Below, piece after piece: positions 48,079-57,593 of a stretch of 64,000 bases of DNA. The position numbers were made by a program, and so were the translations under genes. This stretch comes from Planctomycetota bacterium. GTDB lineage: Bacteria > Planctomycetota > SZUA-567 > H5-PLA8. Within the stretch, counting starts at the first letter, position 1, and every line of letters begins with the position of its first letter. The stretch covers positions 1 to 64,000 of the forward strand of contig BTVV01000003.1 in NCBI GenBank assembly GCA_045863855.1, read 5' to 3'. The notes beneath the pieces were generated by a model that did no database searches, had not been told where the DNA came from, and saw only the letters and a program-made list of their open reading frames with translations.

Positions 48079-49712
48079 AGCACTCCGAGTCTTCGGGTTC
48101 GACCCGCCTGGTTCCTCCGGGCGCTCCGGAATTGAACGGCGCGTCGGCCTCGGCATTGCTGCTGGAAGCCCGATTGAGCGCGCGGCGCAAGCGGACGGCT
48201 CGGCGGCGCGGGCTGCTGGCGGCGCTGGGGGTGGCGGCGTTATGCGCGCTGGGCTGGTGGCTGGGCAGCGCGCGGCCCGAAGCCGGGACCTGGTACAAAG
48301 TCGAGCGCAAGACGCTGCTGCTGACGCAACACGAGTTGGGCGAGGTGGTGGCGCGCCTGGAAACGCCGGTGCTTTCTACGTTTTCCGGGGAAGTGGTCTG
48401 GAAGATCGAGGAAGGGACGAACGTGCACGCGGGCGAACCGATCGTGCGCTTCGACGCCACACGCGCGAAAGATGACCTGAGCGAGCGCGAGAAAGACCTT
48501 TTCGACAAAGAACAGAACGTGCAGCAGGTGCGGCGGGACGCCGAAGCGGTGGCGGAGCGCTACGCGCTGGAATTAAGCCGCCGCGCGGCGGCGCTGGAGT
48601 TGGCGCAGATCGCTCGGGCGGAGACGTACGAGCATCCCACGGCCGATGAGCGGCTGACGGCGGACCTGGACCTGCGCAGCGCGGAACTGAAGCATTCGAA
48701 GGTACTCTCGGATTACCTGAGCCACGAGGATTTGAACCGGGCGGGGTTCGTCACGGAAGCGGTGCTGAAGCAGAAGCGGCTGGCGTGGGCGCGCGAGAAG
48801 GCGGAGCTGGCGAAGGCGAAGATTTTGCATCAGCTCACGCTGGCCGGATCGAGCCGGGACAGCAAGCGTCTGGCGGATCTGGCGGTGGCGGAGGCCGAGT
48901 TGAATCTGAAACTGGGGGAGTTCGAGCGCGACGCGGACGTGGCGATCGCGAAGGCGGATCTGGATCTGGCGGAAGTGGAACTGGCGGACTTCAAGCTGGG
49001 ATTGGAGCGTAAACGGCGCGAACTGGAACAGGCCGAGGTGGGGGCTCCGGTGGGCGGTCGGGTGGCGTTCGTGGACGTGTGGAAGGGATCGGACACGCTT
49101 TCTCCGATCCAGGTGGGTGAGACGCGTAACCGCGGGCAGGATCTGGCGAAGATGGTCGATACGGCGGGCCTGCGGGTGCGCGTGCTGGCGAGCGAAGCGG
49201 ACGTGCTGAAGTTGAAGGTGGGCCAGCGGGCGGAAGTGCGTCTGCCGGCATATCCGCAGCGGCTGTACAAAGCGCGCGTGGCGGAGATCGCGGTGGTGGC
49301 GACGGACAAGAACGTGGCGCTGACGCGTCTGGCGCTGCAGAAATCGGGCGAGGCGTTCGTGAACGTGGTATCGGTGTGGCTCGACTTCGACGACTTGACG
49401 GAAGCGGACCGGCAGGCGATGCGGCTGGGATTCACGGCGGAAGCGGAGATCGAGTGGGGGCGCGTGGAGTCGGCTCCGGCGATCCCGTGGGGCGCGGTGG
49501 AGTACGGGCCGGCAGGCGCGGCGTACGTGCGGGTGCGCGGCGGCTTGGGCGGGAACGAGCGTCGCGCGGTCGAACTGGGCCGGGGCAACGCGTTCTTCGT
49601 CGAAGTGCGTTCGGGCCTGAGCGAAGGTGAAGACGTTCGCGTGCCGCGGCACGCGCTGCCTCCGGAAGCTCAAGGCGCGAACGCGGGGCCTCACGAGGAG
49701 AACCGTTCGTGA
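48060..49712 (+). CDS. Efflux membrane-fusion protein 3
   Basis: TM anchor; EEGTNVHAGE, APVGGRV, AIPWGAV..GLSEGEDV; start uncertain. Confidence 0.86.
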   Translation: MAGDALKHSESSGSTRLVPPGAPELNGASASALLLEARLSARRKRTARRRGLLAALGVAALCALGWWLGSARPEAGTWYKVERKTLLLTQHELGEVVARLETPVLSTFSGEVVWKIEEGTNVHAGEPIVRFDATRAKDDLSEREKDLFDKEQNVQQVRRDAEAVAERYALELSRRAAALELAQIARAETYEHPTADERLTADLDLRSAELKHSKVLSDYLSHEDLNRAGFVTEAVLKQKRLAWAREKAELAKAKILHQLTLAGSSRDSKRLADLAVAEAELNLKLGEFERDADVAIAKADLDLAEVELADFKLGLERKRRELEQAEVGAPVGGRVAFVDVWKGSDTLSPIQVGETRNRGQDLAKMVDTAGLRVRVLASEADVLKLKVGQRAEVRLPAYPQRLYKARVAEIAVVATDKNVALTRLALQKSGEAFVNVVSVWLDFDDLTEADRQAMRLGFTAEAEIEWGRVESAPAIPWGAVEYGPAGAAYVRVRGGLGGNERRAVELGRGNAFFVEVRSGLSEGEDVRVPRHALPPEAQGANAGPHEENRS

Positions 49713-50440
49713 GCGGCGACCACGCGATCATCGAGATTCGGGATCTGGTGAAGGTGTACACGCTTCCGGGCGGTCTGGAGGTTCCGGCGCTGCGCGGGGT
49801 GACGTTCACGGTGCGGCGGGGCGAATTCGTATCAATCATGGGACAGTCGGGTTCGGGCAAAAGCACGCTGCTGCATGTGGTGGGCTGCCTGCACCAGCCG
49901 ACCGAAGGCATGTACCGTCTCGACGGCGTGGACGTGAAAGGCCTGGACGACGAGGAACTTTCGCGACTGCGCAACGAGAAGATCGGATTCGTGTTTCAGA
50001 AGTTCAATTTGCTGACGCAGGAAGACATCGTGGACAACGTGGCGCTGCCGCTGGTGTACGCGCGGGTGGGCCGCGACGAGCGGCTGAAACTGGCGCGCAA
50101 CGCGCTGCGGCTGGTGGGGCTGGGCGACCGCCTGCAGCACAAGCCCTCGGAGCTTTCGGGCGGGCAATCGCAGCGGGTGGCGATCGCTCGCGCGCTGGTG
50201 ACGGAGCCGGCGCTGCTGCTGGCGGACGAGCCGACGGGGAACCTCGACAGCCGCACGGGCGACGAGATCATGGGCGTCTTCCAGGCGCTGCACCGGATGG
50301 GCCGTACGATCGTGCAGGTGACGCACGACCGCGAGAAGGCCGAGTATTCGCAGCGGATCGTTCATTTGAAGGACGGCTTGGTGGAGCGCGAAGAGCCGAT
50401 CGCGTCGCCGCGGACGTCGGAGCATGTGGCGTTGGCGTAG
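49709..50440 (+). CDS. ABC transporter ATP-binding protein (MacB/LolD-like)
   Basis: Walker A GQSGSGKST, signature LSGGQSQR, Walker B LLLADEPTGNLD, VTHD. Confidence 0.96.
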   Translation: MSGDHAIIEIRDLVKVYTLPGGLEVPALRGVTFTVRRGEFVSIMGQSGSGKSTLLHVVGCLHQPTEGMYRLDGVDVKGLDDEELSRLRNEKIGFVFQKFNLLTQEDIVDNVALPLVYARVGRDERLKLARNALRLVGLGDRLQHKPSELSGGQSQRVAIARALVTEPALLLADEPTGNLDSRTGDEIMGVFQALHRMGRTIVQVTHDREKAEYSQRIVHLKDGLVEREEPIASPRTSEHVALA

Positions 50441-50453
50441 GGGTGAGGTCGAG

Positions 50454-51725
50454 ATGGACTGGTTGAGCGCGCTGCGCATCGGTTTGAAGGGGCTGGCGGT
50501 CCACAAGGTCCGCGCGGCGCTTTCGATGCTGGGGATAATCTTCGGCGTGGCGAGCGTGGTGGCGGTGATCGCGGTAAGCCAGGGCGCTCAGACGGAGATG
50601 CTGAAGCAGTTGGCGGCGCTGGGCGCGAACAACGTGATCGTGAAGGGGATCGACTGGCGCGGGAAGACGCCGGAGGAGCGGCGGCTGAAGAAGGCCGCGC
50701 GGCTGAACAGCGACGGGTTGACGGTACGCGAGGCGGAGGTGCTGGCGGCGTCGAGTCCGCTGATCGACCGTTTCGCGCCGCTGCGCCGGGTGGTCGCGAC
50801 GGTGCGGCACGGCGAGGCGGCGGTGCAGGCCGAGGTGGTGGGGACGACGCCGGATTTCCTAGAAGTGATGAATTTCAAGCTGCGCCTGGGGCGCTGGCTG
50901 AATCCGGGCGACGAGGCGGAAGCGCGTCGCGTCTGCGTGATCGAAGAGGCGCTGCAGTTCGAGAACTTCGCCGAAGCCGATACGCCGATCGGGCGGACGC
51001 TGGTGATCGATTACGAGCCGTATCTGGTGGTCGGCGTGCTGCAGGGTAAGGAAGAGACGGACGAGAAGTTCGACGTGGCGCAGGTTCGGCAGCTTAACCG
51101 GCGCGTCTACGTCCCGCTTTCTGCGGCGCTGCGGCGGACCACGCAGGCGCCGCTGGACGACGAGATCACGGAGGTGATTTACCACTGCCGCAGCTTGACC
51201 GAAGTCTCCGCGGCGAAGGTGCTGATCGACCGCTTTTACGAGACCGCGCACGGGATGTCGGGGCGTCCGCACGAGGACCGCGATTTTCAGGTGGTGGTGG
51301 CGCAGGAGTTGTTGAAGCAGGTCGAGCAGGCGCAGCAAATCTTCAACATCGTGATGCTCTGTTCGGCCGGAATTTCGCTGGTCGTCGGCGGCATCGGGAT
51401 CATGAACATCATGCTCGCGAACGTCTCGGAGCGGCGGCGCGAGGTGGGCATCCGTCGCGCGGTCGGCGCGACGAAGGCGGATATCCTCAAGCAGTTCCTG
51501 TTCGAGTCGCTGATCATCTGTCTGGTGGGTGGGATCATGGGCTGTTTGGTGGGGATCGGTTTCGCTTACTTGGTGCATCAATTGACGGGCTGGCAGGTCA
51601 CGCTGGCGCTGTGGGGCATGTTCGTGGCGGTAGGGGTGTCGCTGCTGGATGGGGTGGCGTTCGGGACGTTTCCGGCATGGAAAGCGGCGAGTCTGGACCC
51701 GATTGAGGCGCTGCGGTACGAGTAG
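50454..51725 (+). CDS. ABC transporter permease (MacB/FtsX family)
   Basis: LSMLGIIFGVASVVAV, ISLVVGGIGIMNIML..ERRREVGIRRAVGA, PAWKAASLDPIEALRYE. Confidence 0.95.
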   Translation: MDWLSALRIGLKGLAVHKVRAALSMLGIIFGVASVVAVIAVSQGAQTEMLKQLAALGANNVIVKGIDWRGKTPEERRLKKAARLNSDGLTVREAEVLAASSPLIDRFAPLRRVVATVRHGEAAVQAEVVGTTPDFLEVMNFKLRLGRWLNPGDEAEARRVCVIEEALQFENFAEADTPIGRTLVIDYEPYLVVGVLQGKEETDEKFDVAQVRQLNRRVYVPLSAALRRTTQAPLDDEITEVIYHCRSLTEVSAAKVLIDRFYETAHGMSGRPHEDRDFQVVVAQELLKQVEQAQQIFNIVMLCSAGISLVVGGIGIMNIMLANVSERRREVGIRRAVGATKADILKQFLFESLIICLVGGIMGCLVGIGFAYLVHQLTGWQVTLALWGMFVAVGVSLLDGVAFGTFPAWKAASLDPIEALRYE

Positions 51726-51823
51726 TCCGCACGACGTGCAACTTCTTTGTAACGTATTGTCCGAAAAGGCCTCCCACGGATAAGATACGAGGCGTCTCAA
51801 GTAGGAACCGTGGAGATGGAACG

Positions 51824-53011
51824 ATGTCGCGACTGAAGCTCTGGGCGAGCGTGGGGCTGGCGCTTTGCGCCGGTTGGTCGAGCGCCGAAGAGGGCATGGT
51901 GCCGGACCGCGGGTACTCGTTCGAGCGCGGGACGCGCCACGACCTCGAGAGCGGCGTACGCATCGTCGACGAAGAGAAGAAGGACGGCTACGACAAGAAC
52001 AAGAAGGCGGAAGCCGAGCGCAACGCGCGCGCGGTGGCGATGCATGTCCAGAATCTGTCCGATCCCGACGAGAAGATTCGCGAGACGTCTGCCGAGATGC
52101 TGGGCTATTTGACGGCGGTGGAAGCGATTCCGAATCTGATCGAGGCGCTGAACGACCAGCACATCAACGTTCAGATCAAGGCGCACGGGGCGCTGAACAA
52201 GATCACGGGCCAGAACTTCGGCTACAAGAATTATGCGGCGTGGAAGAAGTGGTGGATGAGCAACAGCAAGGAATTCCTTGCGAAGCAGCAGGCGGGCGTC
52301 TCGCAGCTTAACGAGACGCGCGGGATGTACATGAACACGCTGGGTCTGGAAGCGCTGAAGTCGGCGCAGTTCGCGCAGGCGACGCGGATGTTCCAGGAAG
52401 CGGTGAACGCGGACCCGAAGATTCCCGACTACCGCAACAACCTGGGCCTGGCGCTGATGGAACAGGGCCGCCCGATCGACGCGATCAACTACTTTCAGGA
52501 AGCGCTGGGGCTGAACGACCGCCTGCCGCAGCCGTACATGAACATCGGCTCGTGCTTCGCTCGGCTGAACCGGCACATCGAGGCGCAGCACTGGTACCGC
52601 AAGGCGATGCTGACGGACAAGGAAGGCAAGCTCTGGGAGCCGTTCTGGACGCTGGGCAAGGAGTTCCTGCGCAAGGGTAGCTTCCCGATGGCGATGGAAT
52701 TCTTGGAGCAGGCGCAGTTGAAGGCGCAGAAGAACAACATATTCGATCCGCGCATTTACCGAGACTTGGCGCTGACGTACTACGGGCTCGACCAGTACTA
52801 CTCGGCGTGGATCGCGGTGAACGACGTGAAGCGCCTGGGCTACGAACTGGACGAAGGGTTCGTGAAGAAGGTACGCCAGGCGCTGATCGCGCAGGGCTAC
52901 GATCCGGATAACCTGGACCCGATGGGCAATCCGGGTTCGCCTTCGCCGCCCGCTGCTTTCGCGCCCAAGGCGCCCGCCACGCCGCGCGAGACGGCCAACT
53001 CCGGACAGTAG
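51824..53011 (+). CDS. Secreted HEAT + TPR repeat protein
   Basis: Signal peptide; AIPNLIEALND..ALNKITGQNFG; TPRs (NNLGLALMEQG, YMNIGSCF). Confidence 0.85.
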   Translation: MSRLKLWASVGLALCAGWSSAEEGMVPDRGYSFERGTRHDLESGVRIVDEEKKDGYDKNKKAEAERNARAVAMHVQNLSDPDEKIRETSAEMLGYLTAVEAIPNLIEALNDQHINVQIKAHGALNKITGQNFGYKNYAAWKKWWMSNSKEFLAKQQAGVSQLNETRGMYMNTLGLEALKSAQFAQATRMFQEAVNADPKIPDYRNNLGLALMEQGRPIDAINYFQEALGLNDRLPQPYMNIGSCFARLNRHIEAQHWYRKAMLTDKEGKLWEPFWTLGKEFLRKGSFPMAMEFLEQAQLKAQKNNIFDPRIYRDLALTYYGLDQYYSAWIAVNDVKRLGYELDEGFVKKVRQALIAQGYDPDNLDPMGNPGSPSPPAAFAPKAPATPRETANSGQ

Positions 53012-53052
53012 TCCCGCCGCCGCCGGAGGGTTCGCCGCTTCCGTTCGCCGCC

Positions 53053-54501
53053 ATGTCCGCCACTCGCACGCTGTCCGTACCCGGCGCCGCCAAGGCGCCC
53101 GAAGCCGAACCGCTTCCCGAATCCGAAACCCGGCGCAACTTCGCGCTGGGCGTGGCGAACGGTTCGCTCGTCCAGGGTTCCTTCGCCTGCATCGCGCCGT
53201 CGATCATCCTCGCTCCGCTGATACTCGACTTGACCGGCTCGGTGATGCTGGCCGGCGTGGTGGGCGTCTTGCAGCAGGCGTTTTTCATGCTTCCGCAAAT
53301 GGCGGCGAGCGCCTACATCGAATCGCTGCCGCGCAAGATGACCTGTTACCGGATCTGTTCGGCGCTGCGCGCCTTGAATTGGATCGTCATCTGCGCGGCG
53401 GTGGCGTGGCTGGGTGCGGATCCTTCGGGCTTTCGCGGGCCGCTGCTGGCGGGGCTGATCGTCGCGTTTCTGTGCGTCCATGGGATGCTCGTCGGGACGT
53501 CGATGCTAGCGTTTCAGGATATCGTCGCGCGGGCGGTGCCGGTGACGGGGCGCGAACGTTTCTTCGGGCTGCGCACGTTTTTCGGGCGGCTGATCCAGAC
53601 GGCGCTCACCTTTATGTGGATTCCGTTTGTGCTTCAAGACCAGGATTGGCTGCCGTATCCGCATAACCACGTGCTGCTCTTCTGCACCGGCTTGGCGTTC
53701 GAAGTGCCGGCGATGCTCTGCTTTCTGCTGGTGCGCGAACCGCCGGGTCCGCCGCCGGAGCCGCGGCGGAAGATGACCGAGCAGTTCCGGCGCGCGCGGA
53801 CGATGCTGGCCGAAGAGCCGCATTTGCGGCTGCTGGTGGCGTTCCGGGTGCTGGGGTTGATCAGCGTCATGGCGCTGCCGCTGATGGCGGTGTACGCGCT
53901 GGCCGAACCGTCGCAGGGCGGGCTGGGGCTGGGCGGATCGGGGGCGGAACGGACGGAGCTGACGGCGCGGGCGCAGTCGCGTTTCGTGGTGACGCTGGCG
54001 GTGAGCGAGGCGGCGCTGGCGGGCGTTTGGTCGTGGATCGGCGGGCGCTGCAGCATCGGGCTGGGGCTGGCGCTGGGCGTGGGCGCGCGGTTGCTGCTCA
54101 CGGCGCTGCTGGCGCTGGCCGTGCCGCTGCTGGGCTGGTGGGGGACCGATTGGGAGACGCGCCTGAACGCGGTGACGGTGCTGTACGTTCTGCAAGGATT
54201 CCAAAACGTGCTGACGATGATCGAGATGCAGTCGCTGGTGCTGGAGCTTGCGCCGGCCGACAAGCGCCCGACGTTCTTCGGCTTCCTGAATACGCTCTCG
54301 TTTCCGCTGATGCTGGGCCTGCCGGTCCTGGGGGGCTGGGTGGCGCATGCCTTCGGGTACGCGGCGGCGTTCGCGGCGATGACGGTTTTCGGCGTGGGTA
54401 CGCTGGTGGTGGCGCGCCGGCTGGGCGCGGCGAAGCGGCATCTTCGCGAGCGCCTCGCGCCGCCGCCTGCTGCGCCTCTGGACCTGACAACGACGCGCTG
54501 A
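53053..54501 (+). CDS. MFS transporter
   Basis: About 12 hydrophobic segments; DIVARAVP..RERFFG and ELAPADKRPTFFG loop motifs. Confidence 0.82.
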   Translation: MSATRTLSVPGAAKAPEAEPLPESETRRNFALGVANGSLVQGSFACIAPSIILAPLILDLTGSVMLAGVVGVLQQAFFMLPQMAASAYIESLPRKMTCYRICSALRALNWIVICAAVAWLGADPSGFRGPLLAGLIVAFLCVHGMLVGTSMLAFQDIVARAVPVTGRERFFGLRTFFGRLIQTALTFMWIPFVLQDQDWLPYPHNHVLLFCTGLAFEVPAMLCFLLVREPPGPPPEPRRKMTEQFRRARTMLAEEPHLRLLVAFRVLGLISVMALPLMAVYALAEPSQGGLGLGGSGAERTELTARAQSRFVVTLAVSEAALAGVWSWIGGRCSIGLGLALGVGARLLLTALLALAVPLLGWWGTDWETRLNAVTVLYVLQGFQNVLTMIEMQSLVLELAPADKRPTFFGFLNTLSFPLMLGLPVLGGWVAHAFGYAAAFAAMTVFGVGTLVVARRLGAAKRHLRERLAPPPAAPLDLTTTR

Positions 54502-56249
54502 TGAGCCAAGATACGGGCATGAACGGAATGCGCGCCTTGGCGGCGCTGGGTGTGGCGCTGGCCGTGGCCGCGGGGGCGTACGCGCTGCGGCACCGCGCGG
54601 CGGGCGGCTCGGACGGGCCGGACCTGCCGCCGGGCAACGCGGTGAGCCTCGTGCTGGGGCGCGGCGGGATCGTCGTCGAAGGCGATGCGGCCGATCCGAT
54701 CGCCGGCGTGCGCGTGACGCACGAAGGCGCCGAGCGCGCGCTGGACGGTAGCTGGACCTGGCCCGATGCCGGCCGCGCGGCGCTTTTCTTCGATACCTCC
54801 GAGCGCCCGCTGGATGTGCGTGTCGAGACGAAGCACCGCGAACAGTCCTTCCGCGTCGACGGGTCGTGGGCGCCGGCGCCGGTGCTGCTGCGCAGCATCG
54901 ATCTGACGCTGCCCGCCGACTACGCCGCCGATCAGGTGCCCGATGCCGTGGCGGCCTTCTCGCCCGACGGCCAATGGCTCGCTTACGCATCGGCCGGCGG
55001 CGAACTGGCGCTTCAGAACGTCACAGGCTCGACCGAACGCCTGCGCCGGCCGCTCGCGGAAGGTTACGTCAAGGATCTGGCCTTTGCCGCAGACGGTTCG
55101 ATGCTGGTGGCCGGCGAGCAATCTCCGGACGGCTTTGTATATGGATTCGACGTCGCGAGCGGGAAGGAAGCGTGGCGCTTCCGGCTTGCGGACGAACTGG
55201 AGTCGTCGCCGCCGGAAGGCGGAGCGTACGGCGTCTATGCGTTTCCGGGCGCGTACCGCGTGCTTGCGGCCGGCGCGGACGTGCTGGTTCTGGGCCTGCA
55301 TTCGTGGCGGCCCGGCCCGCAGCAGAAGCGTTCGCTTTCGCGGATCTACCGGCTCGATGCGAAGACCGGCGCGGTGCGCTGGCGCTTTCCGGCCGCCGCG
55401 CCGCTGCCGCGAAACCTGACCTGGCTGAGCGCCTCCGCCGACGGGAGCCGCGTGGTCTGCGTCAGCAGCATCCCCGGCGCGGGCCAGCAGACCGGGGACG
55501 ACGCGGACCTCGAAGTTCTGGCGCTGGATGGCGTGAGCGGCGCGGAGACCGGACGGCTGACGCTGCCGCCGCTGGCTCCGCACTTCAAGAGCGCGTATTC
55601 GTGGCAGTCGCTTGCGGTGGTTCCGGACGGTTCGTGCGCGTTGCTGGGTGCGAACGACGGCCGCGTCTGGTCGCTGGACTTAAAGGACGGCCAACCTTCC
55701 GTGCGCTGGCGCTGCGACGTGGGTACGCCGATCCAGGCCGGTACGCTGAGCGTGCATTGCCATATCGGCTGGGGCGCGGCGTCGGGCGAGGCGTTGTTCG
55801 TGACGGTGGATAAAAATTACGAGCCATTCGGCGCGGTGACGCAGCCCAGCCGCCCGCCGGACGTGCATCCGGAAGCCGCGACGGTGCAAGCCTTCGCACC
55901 CGGCGGAACCGAAGCCCAGCGGTTGTGGCGCTTCGACGTGCCCGGCCGCCCGCAGGGCCTGTGGCTTTCGCCCGACCGGCGCTGGCTGGCGGCCGGCTAC
56001 CACCAGCCCGCCGGGACCAACGCCTTCAATCAAGCCACGCCGCCCGATTTCGGTATCGCGCTGCTGGATCTATCCAGGCCCGGCTCGGGACGCGAGAAGC
56101 TCGTCTGGGCCTACGCGACCGAAGGTCCGGTCTTTTTCCGCGCCGCCTTTTCGGCCGACGGACGCTACCTGGCGGTGATCGAAGGTCCGAAGCCGAGCCC
56201 CGACCGATTGTCGGCGACGCGGACGTACCGGTTGTTGGTGCTGCATTGA
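54501..56249 (+). CDS. Exported WD40/PQQ-like beta-propeller protein
   Basis: Start overlaps the MFS stop (TGATG); N-terminal hydrophobic segment; repeats FSPDGQWLA, GKEAWRF, GAVRWRF, FSADGRYLA. Confidence 0.8.
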   Translation: MSQDTGMNGMRALAALGVALAVAAGAYALRHRAAGGSDGPDLPPGNAVSLVLGRGGIVVEGDAADPIAGVRVTHEGAERALDGSWTWPDAGRAALFFDTSERPLDVRVETKHREQSFRVDGSWAPAPVLLRSIDLTLPADYAADQVPDAVAAFSPDGQWLAYASAGGELALQNVTGSTERLRRPLAEGYVKDLAFAADGSMLVAGEQSPDGFVYGFDVASGKEAWRFRLADELESSPPEGGAYGVYAFPGAYRVLAAGADVLVLGLHSWRPGPQQKRSLSRIYRLDAKTGAVRWRFPAAAPLPRNLTWLSASADGSRVVCVSSIPGAGQQTGDDADLEVLALDGVSGAETGRLTLPPLAPHFKSAYSWQSLAVVPDGSCALLGANDGRVWSLDLKDGQPSVRWRCDVGTPIQAGTLSVHCHIGWGAASGEALFVTVDKNYEPFGAVTQPSRPPDVHPEAATVQAFAPGGTEAQRLWRFDVPGRPQGLWLSPDRRWLAAGYHQPAGTNAFNQATPPDFGIALLDLSRPGSGREKLVWAYATEGPVFFRAAFSADGRYLAVIEGPKPSPDRLSATRTYRLLVLH

Positions 56250-56384
56250 GTGGCGAAAAGTAAAAAGTAATAACGGCAACGGCGCGGCTTCCAGGAGCGC
56301 GTTACGTGCTTGAGCCTCCTGCATGCACTCTGCGCTCGCATCGCACGCAAAACCTAAGCGCCTCGCCCCTTTTATTACCTTTTG

Positions 56385-57536
56385 CTATTTGCCCTCCGCC
56401 CGCCCTCCCACCGACTCCCGCTCCACCCATTCCACCGCCACCGATTCGCGTTGCGGCGGGCGGGCGGGTTGGGCGAGTCGCGCGGTAATCAGGCCGGCGG
56501 CGCGGCGACCGTAGGCGGCGCGGTCGATGCGAAGGGTGGAGAGCGGCGGCGCCAGTCGGGCGGCGATCTCGTTGTCGTCGAAGCCGATCACGCTGAGCGC
56601 TTGGGGGATGCGCAGTTCGCGGGCGGCGGCGGCTTCGTAAAGGCCGCAGGCCAGGCGGTCGTTGCCGCAGAAGACGCCGGCGGGGAGCGCCAGACGATCG
56701 AGGAGTTCGGGCGCGGCGGCGCGTCCGCTGGGTTCGTCCCAGCCGCCGGCCCAGACGGGTGCTTCGACGCGGACGCCTCGTTCTCGTGCGGCTTCGCGAA
56801 ACCCTACGTAGCGCGCTTGGGCGCGCGGGTCGTCCGCGGGACCGCCCAGATAGGCTAGGCGTTTGAGGCCGGCTTCGGCGAGGCGTTCGGCCGCGCGGCG
56901 GGCGCCGGGTTCGTCGTCGACGAGGAGCGCGTCGCTGCCGGGTGTGCGTGCGGTCCCGAAGCCTTCGGGCGCGCCGTGGACGGCGAGCATGGGCAAGAGC
57001 GGGCAGCGCGCGCGGGCGCGGGCCAGAAAAGCCGGGCGGTCCAGACCGACGAGGAGCGAGACGCCACCGCCTCCGGAACTTAGTTCTTCCAGCAGCGCCG
57101 TCTCGCCGGCTTCGCTGAGCGGCGCGTAGCGCACGCGCAAACCGGCGTGGGTGAGGGCTTCGTCGAGCGCCTCGGCGATGGGATAGCCAAAGCGCCCGCG
57201 CACGAGCGCCTGCGGATCGAGGGCCAGGAGGATCGTGGCGCGCGCGGCTTCGCCGGGTCCGGAGGCTTCCATGGGCGGGCGCGGCGCGACGAAAGTCCCG
57301 CGACCCTGCTGCCGGACGAGCCAGCCGCGTTCGACGAGTTCGTTCAGTGCGCGGACGACCGTCTGGTAGCTGATGCCGTATTGCTTACTGAGCGCGGGGC
57401 CCGACGAGACGAGCGCGCCGGGGGGCAGGCGGCCGTCTCGCATTTGGGCGATCAGGTCGGCGACGAGGTCGGCGGCGGCTCGGCCGCGCGAGAGCGCAGG
57501 CGAGGCGGGGGCCGGTGAGCGGCGCGGGCGGGGCAT
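56385..57536 (-). CDS. GntR-HTH / LacI-type ligand-binding hybrid transcriptional regulator
   Basis: YGISYQTVVRALNELVERGWLVRQQGRGTFV; VFCGNDRLA, LSVIGFDD, PPLSTL. Confidence 0.92.
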   Translation of the reverse strand: MPRPRRSPAPASPALSRGRAAADLVADLIAQMRDGRLPPGALVSSGPALSKQYGISYQTVVRALNELVERGWLVRQQGRGTFVAPRPPMEASGPGEAARATILLALDPQALVRGRFGYPIAEALDEALTHAGLRVRYAPLSEAGETALLEELSSGGGGVSLLVGLDRPAFLARARARCPLLPMLAVHGAPEGFGTARTPGSDALLVDDEPGARRAAERLAEAGLKRLAYLGGPADDPRAQARYVGFREAARERGVRVEAPVWAGGWDEPSGRAAAPELLDRLALPAGVFCGNDRLACGLYEAAAARELRIPQALSVIGFDDNEIAARLAPPLSTLRIDRAAYGRRAAGLITARLAQPARPPQRESVAVEWVERESVGGRAEGK

Positions 57537-57593
57537 GAGATAGGTTGTAGATAAGTTCGGGAATGCCCGCAAGGGCGGGCGCGCGCGTTGAAT

